Shown: in pieces, positions 44,049-46,553 of the stretch
Numbering within the stretch: position 1 is the stretch's first letter
Layout of the letters: each line of letters opens with the position of its first letter
Sequence record: MK372342
Strand: one strand, 5' to 3'
Source of the DNA: Escherichia phage vB_EcoS_IME542
DNA: 46,553 nucleotides
Notes under the pieces: generated by a model
What the model saw: the letters and a program-made list of their open reading frames with translations, nothing else
Told to the model about the DNA's origin: nothing
Database searches by the model: none
Made by a program: the position numbers and the translations under genes

Positions 44049-44473
44049 GTCACGTAATTACCGGTACAATTCGCCGCCAGCCATTCACAAAAGAAGGCAG
44101 CAATTCAAATGGTTTATGGAAAATGTATGCTATAGACTTGTCAGAAAGATATAAGAACAAAGATAATGAAACTTGCTGGAACAATTACAGGGCTGTATTC
44201 TTTGCAAAAGAATCAATGCTTGCATGGTATGACGAGGCATTTCAGGAAGGAAAGATTGTTAGCGTAAGTTGCGAAACGTTGGCTGTTGATGTTCGTGATA
44301 AGGATGGAAAGACTTACGTAACAATCAACATGAATAACCCGCGACTTGAGTTTAGTCAGCGTGGTGATTCAGCACCACAACAACAACATCAACAGCAACA
44401 GCAGCCGCAACAGCAGCAGCAGCAAAAACAACCACAGCAGAATCAGACTTTTGAAGATGATATTCCATTTTGA
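44045..44473 (+). CDS. ssb: single-stranded DNA-binding protein with Gln-rich linker and acidic DDIPF tail
   Basis: C-terminal ...FEDDIPF matches the conserved SSB tail (E. coli SSB ends DDDIPF); poly-Q linker. Confidence 0.75.
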   Translation: MSHVITGTIRRQPFTKEGSNSNGLWKMYAIDLSERYKNKDNETCWNNYRAVFFAKESMLAWYDEAFQEGKIVSVSCETLAVDVRDKDGKTYVTINMNNPRLEFSQRGDSAPQQQHQQQQQPQQQQQQKQPQQNQTFEDDIPF

Positions 44474-44477
44474 TAGT

Positions 44478-44507
44478 AAAAACCCCGCATAGGCGGGGTT
44501 TTTTTAT
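44478..44507. terminator. bidirectional rho-independent terminator between convergent ssb and tailspike genes
   Basis: A-run, CCCCGC-atag-GCGGGG, T-run. Confidence 0.75.
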
Positions 44508-44509
44508 TG

Positions 44510-46553
44510 TTAAAAGTTTCTATATACCTCAGTCCACCCCTCTGGCTCTATTAACTCAACCATAATAATGTGTCTAGTTGATTTCAAGGCCACGTCTACT
44601 CCTCCTTTCATATAAAAACTTGAACTAGATTTTAATGTCAAAGTGTTTGATGCAGAAGCTGATGAACTCCTTATTTGTATTTGCATCCCGGCTTCCTCAG
44701 TGTAGCCAGTTATTCCATCTACACTAGAGCTTGCACTATGAGTTAATCTATATTTATTACCGGGATTTGTATTAAATTGTATCTTCTGGTTACTTCCCGA
44801 AACGGTCACATTAACGACAGGATTAATTAATACTCTCGCTAACTGCTTAGTAAACTCAGTTCGACCAACCCCAGAGTTTGGCATTACGGAGTTCCCAATA
44901 TCAAGGTCTGTAGTTCGCGTTGTGTAGTTACGAAGAGCAGTGGTGTTAACTGCAATGTTTTCCACCCACTGGTTACTACCGCCGCCCGCCTCAATATCTA
45001 CCCCACCTGTTTGCGTGGTGTTAAGAAGATAAAACATATTAGAAAAACTAGCATCTTGGCTTCCACATGTATTACCAATAACGCGACATGATGAAAGGCT
45101 GCCTTGTATAAAGAATGCAGCTAAAGGGATGCTTCCGACAGTAATCCAGTCTTCCATGTTGTAATCGTCACTACCATTGAACCCAGCATCAACATGATTA
45201 TCCCTAATGATCATGTTAGGGTTGTTGTTTGTTCCAGAATAATGCCCAATAAAAAACCCACCACGACGTATCCTATTGCCATGACACAACACATGACCTG
45301 CATTTGAACCACCAGTAATTCGAATTCGCCCGTACTCAATTGCGTTATCGCGAATTGTGATTGATGCGGTCGTCAAGTTTGACGCAACAGTTTGCAGTGT
45401 TACACCGCCTCTTATCGTGGCTGTTCCTTCGTACAATGGCTCACACTCGTAAGGGTTGGTTACTGGGATAACTCCAGCACTGCGGAATGTATTGTCATGG
45501 ATTTCCACATACTGCATATTCTGGCCTGACGAGTTTGGTTCTAGATCTATTTCTCCGTAAATAATATTGTCATGTACTTTCAGGCCTACGACGTCGATAA
45601 CAGCCATTGCCAAACGGGATCGTGTGCCGCCACCTGATGCGTCCCAGGATCGAATGCCGTTGCCGTAACGCTCCTTAAGTATGCAATTCCTTACTGTTAC
45701 ATCTCTAGAGAATTTTCCTGTTATTGCGCCATTCTCAAGATCTCCACCAAAATAGATGCAGTCACCGTAGAAGTTATCAATGTAAACATTATCGAAAATG
45801 ACGCTCTTGCATTTATAACCCAACGCGAATGCCTGGTCTCTTTCTCGAGAGGGCGAAGTAGCACCGCCACCGTAACCTATCACCTTCATATTTCGGATGA
45901 TAACGTTGTTCGCAGCATAAAGCCCGAACAATCTTCCAATATCATCGCAATAGAGTTCGGTTGAGAATCCATCCCCCTCAATAATTACATTCTTTAAACC
46001 TGCACCCTCAACACCTAAAGTAACAGCTACGCCACCTGGCTTGTATGTGTTTAGACGCTTAAATCTAAACTTCCCTGACGGGAATCTTAATGTCACATTA
46101 CCTCCGTTGGAAATAACATCATTGATTGCTTCCTGAAGTGCAGTGACGTTATTTGTTCCGTTAGATACGCCAGTGGTGGGATCAAAGTCACCAACAAGAC
46201 CGTAATCTGTAACAAGGTTAATAACTGTATTCTGGTAAAAATCAGCAATCGTAGTCGATAAGTTTGATGTAAGACCGCCCCTTTTCAAATTAATGAGTTC
46301 ACCTCCTCTCTCGGACAAATCATTAATTATTTTTGAGTCAGTCTCATCCCTGGAGTAAACATCAAGGTTCTGCCTTGCTAGTGGCTTGTCAGTTAAGTCT
46401 GATAGCGCCAAGTCTTTTCTTAATAGGTTCTGTATGTCAAGTGACGCCGCATAATCTGCCGCCTCCCGCGCTGATGCAGCTGCCGCATCTTTGTCAGCGG
46501 ATGCGCTGGTTGCACTTGCTGCCGCTGCATTCTTATCGGTGGTCACTTTGGCG
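44510..46553 (-). CDS. lateral tail fiber / tailspike, C-terminal part with predicted beta-helix (pectate-lyase-like) glycan-depolymerase domain; 5' end continues across window edge to 434..1
   Basis: Frame is open to position 46553 (track start 46546 is an internal GTG); Ala-rich N-proximal segment with KPLARQNLDVY; recurring beta-strand motifs (VIIRNM, VTVRNC, ITIRDN, MIIRDN). Confidence 0.75.
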   Translation of the reverse strand, partial: AKVTTDKNAAAASATSASADKDAAAASAREAADYAASLDIQNLLRKDLALSDLTDKPLARQNLDVYSRDETDSKIINDLSERGGELINLKRGGLTSNLSTTIADFYQNTVINLVTDYGLVGDFDPTTGVSNGTNNVTALQEAINDVISNGGNVTLRFPSGKFRFKRLNTYKPGGVAVTLGVEGAGLKNVIIEGDGFSTELYCDDIGRLFGLYAANNVIIRNMKVIGYGGGATSPSRERDQAFALGYKCKSVIFDNVYIDNFYGDCIYFGGDLENGAITGKFSRDVTVRNCILKERYGNGIRSWDASGGGTRSRLAMAVIDVVGLKVHDNIIYGEIDLEPNSSGQNMQYVEIHDNTFRSAGVIPVTNPYECEPLYEGTATIRGGVTLQTVASNLTTASITIRDNAIEYGRIRITGGSNAGHVLCHGNRIRRGGFFIGHYSGTNNNPNMIIRDNHVDAGFNGSDDYNMEDWITVGSIPLAAFFIQGSLSSCRVIGNTCGSQDASFSNMFYLLNTTQTGGVDIEAGGGSNQWVENIAVNTTALRNYTTRTTDLDIGNSVMPNSGVGRTEFTKQLARVLINPVVNVTVSGSNQKIQFNTNPGNKYRLTHSASSSVDGITGYTEEAGMQIQIRSSSASASNTLTLKSSSSFYMKGGVDVALKSTRHIIMVELIEPEGWTEVYRNF

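Noticed and set aside
1-46553. Possibility of a temperate phage or prophage (integrase, CI-like repressor, attachment site)
   Set aside because: No integrase or recombinase-like ORF and no repressor/Cro-like switch recognised; the gene content matches a virulent T1-like phage.

Overview
The window reads as the complete 46.5 kb genome of a virulent T1-like siphovirus of an enterobacterial host, linearised inside its lateral tail-fiber gene. All calls are from reading the sequence and ORF track by eye; no database search was run, and coordinates of regulatory elements are approximate (about +/-3 nt). Layout: a minus-strand replication block (primase, HTH protein); a plus-strand block with an SF2 helicase, a VRR-NUC-like nuclease, a metallophosphoesterase and a lysis cassette (pinholin-like holin, SAR endolysin, unimolecular spanin); a minus-strand early block with a P-loop ATPase; a long plus-strand block of small early genes, a tRNA-Arg(UCU), terminase, portal, capsid genes and a lambda-like tail module (G/GT chaperone frameshift, tape measure, M, L, K, I, J); an antisense lipoprotein plus putative receptor-binding protein pair; a recombination block (exonuclease, Erf-like annealase, SSB); and a beta-helix tailspike gene that wraps across the window ends. 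Five paralogous HNH homing endonucleases sit at module boundaries. No integrase, repressor or CRISPR array was seen. The most unusual features are a 16-copy promoter-associated palindromic box (TAGCA-N5-TGCTA) tied to gene 3' ends, a ~85 bp repeat shared by both large divergent control regions, a disrupted internally deleted paralogue of the ATPase gene, and an SGNH esterase gene inside the head module.
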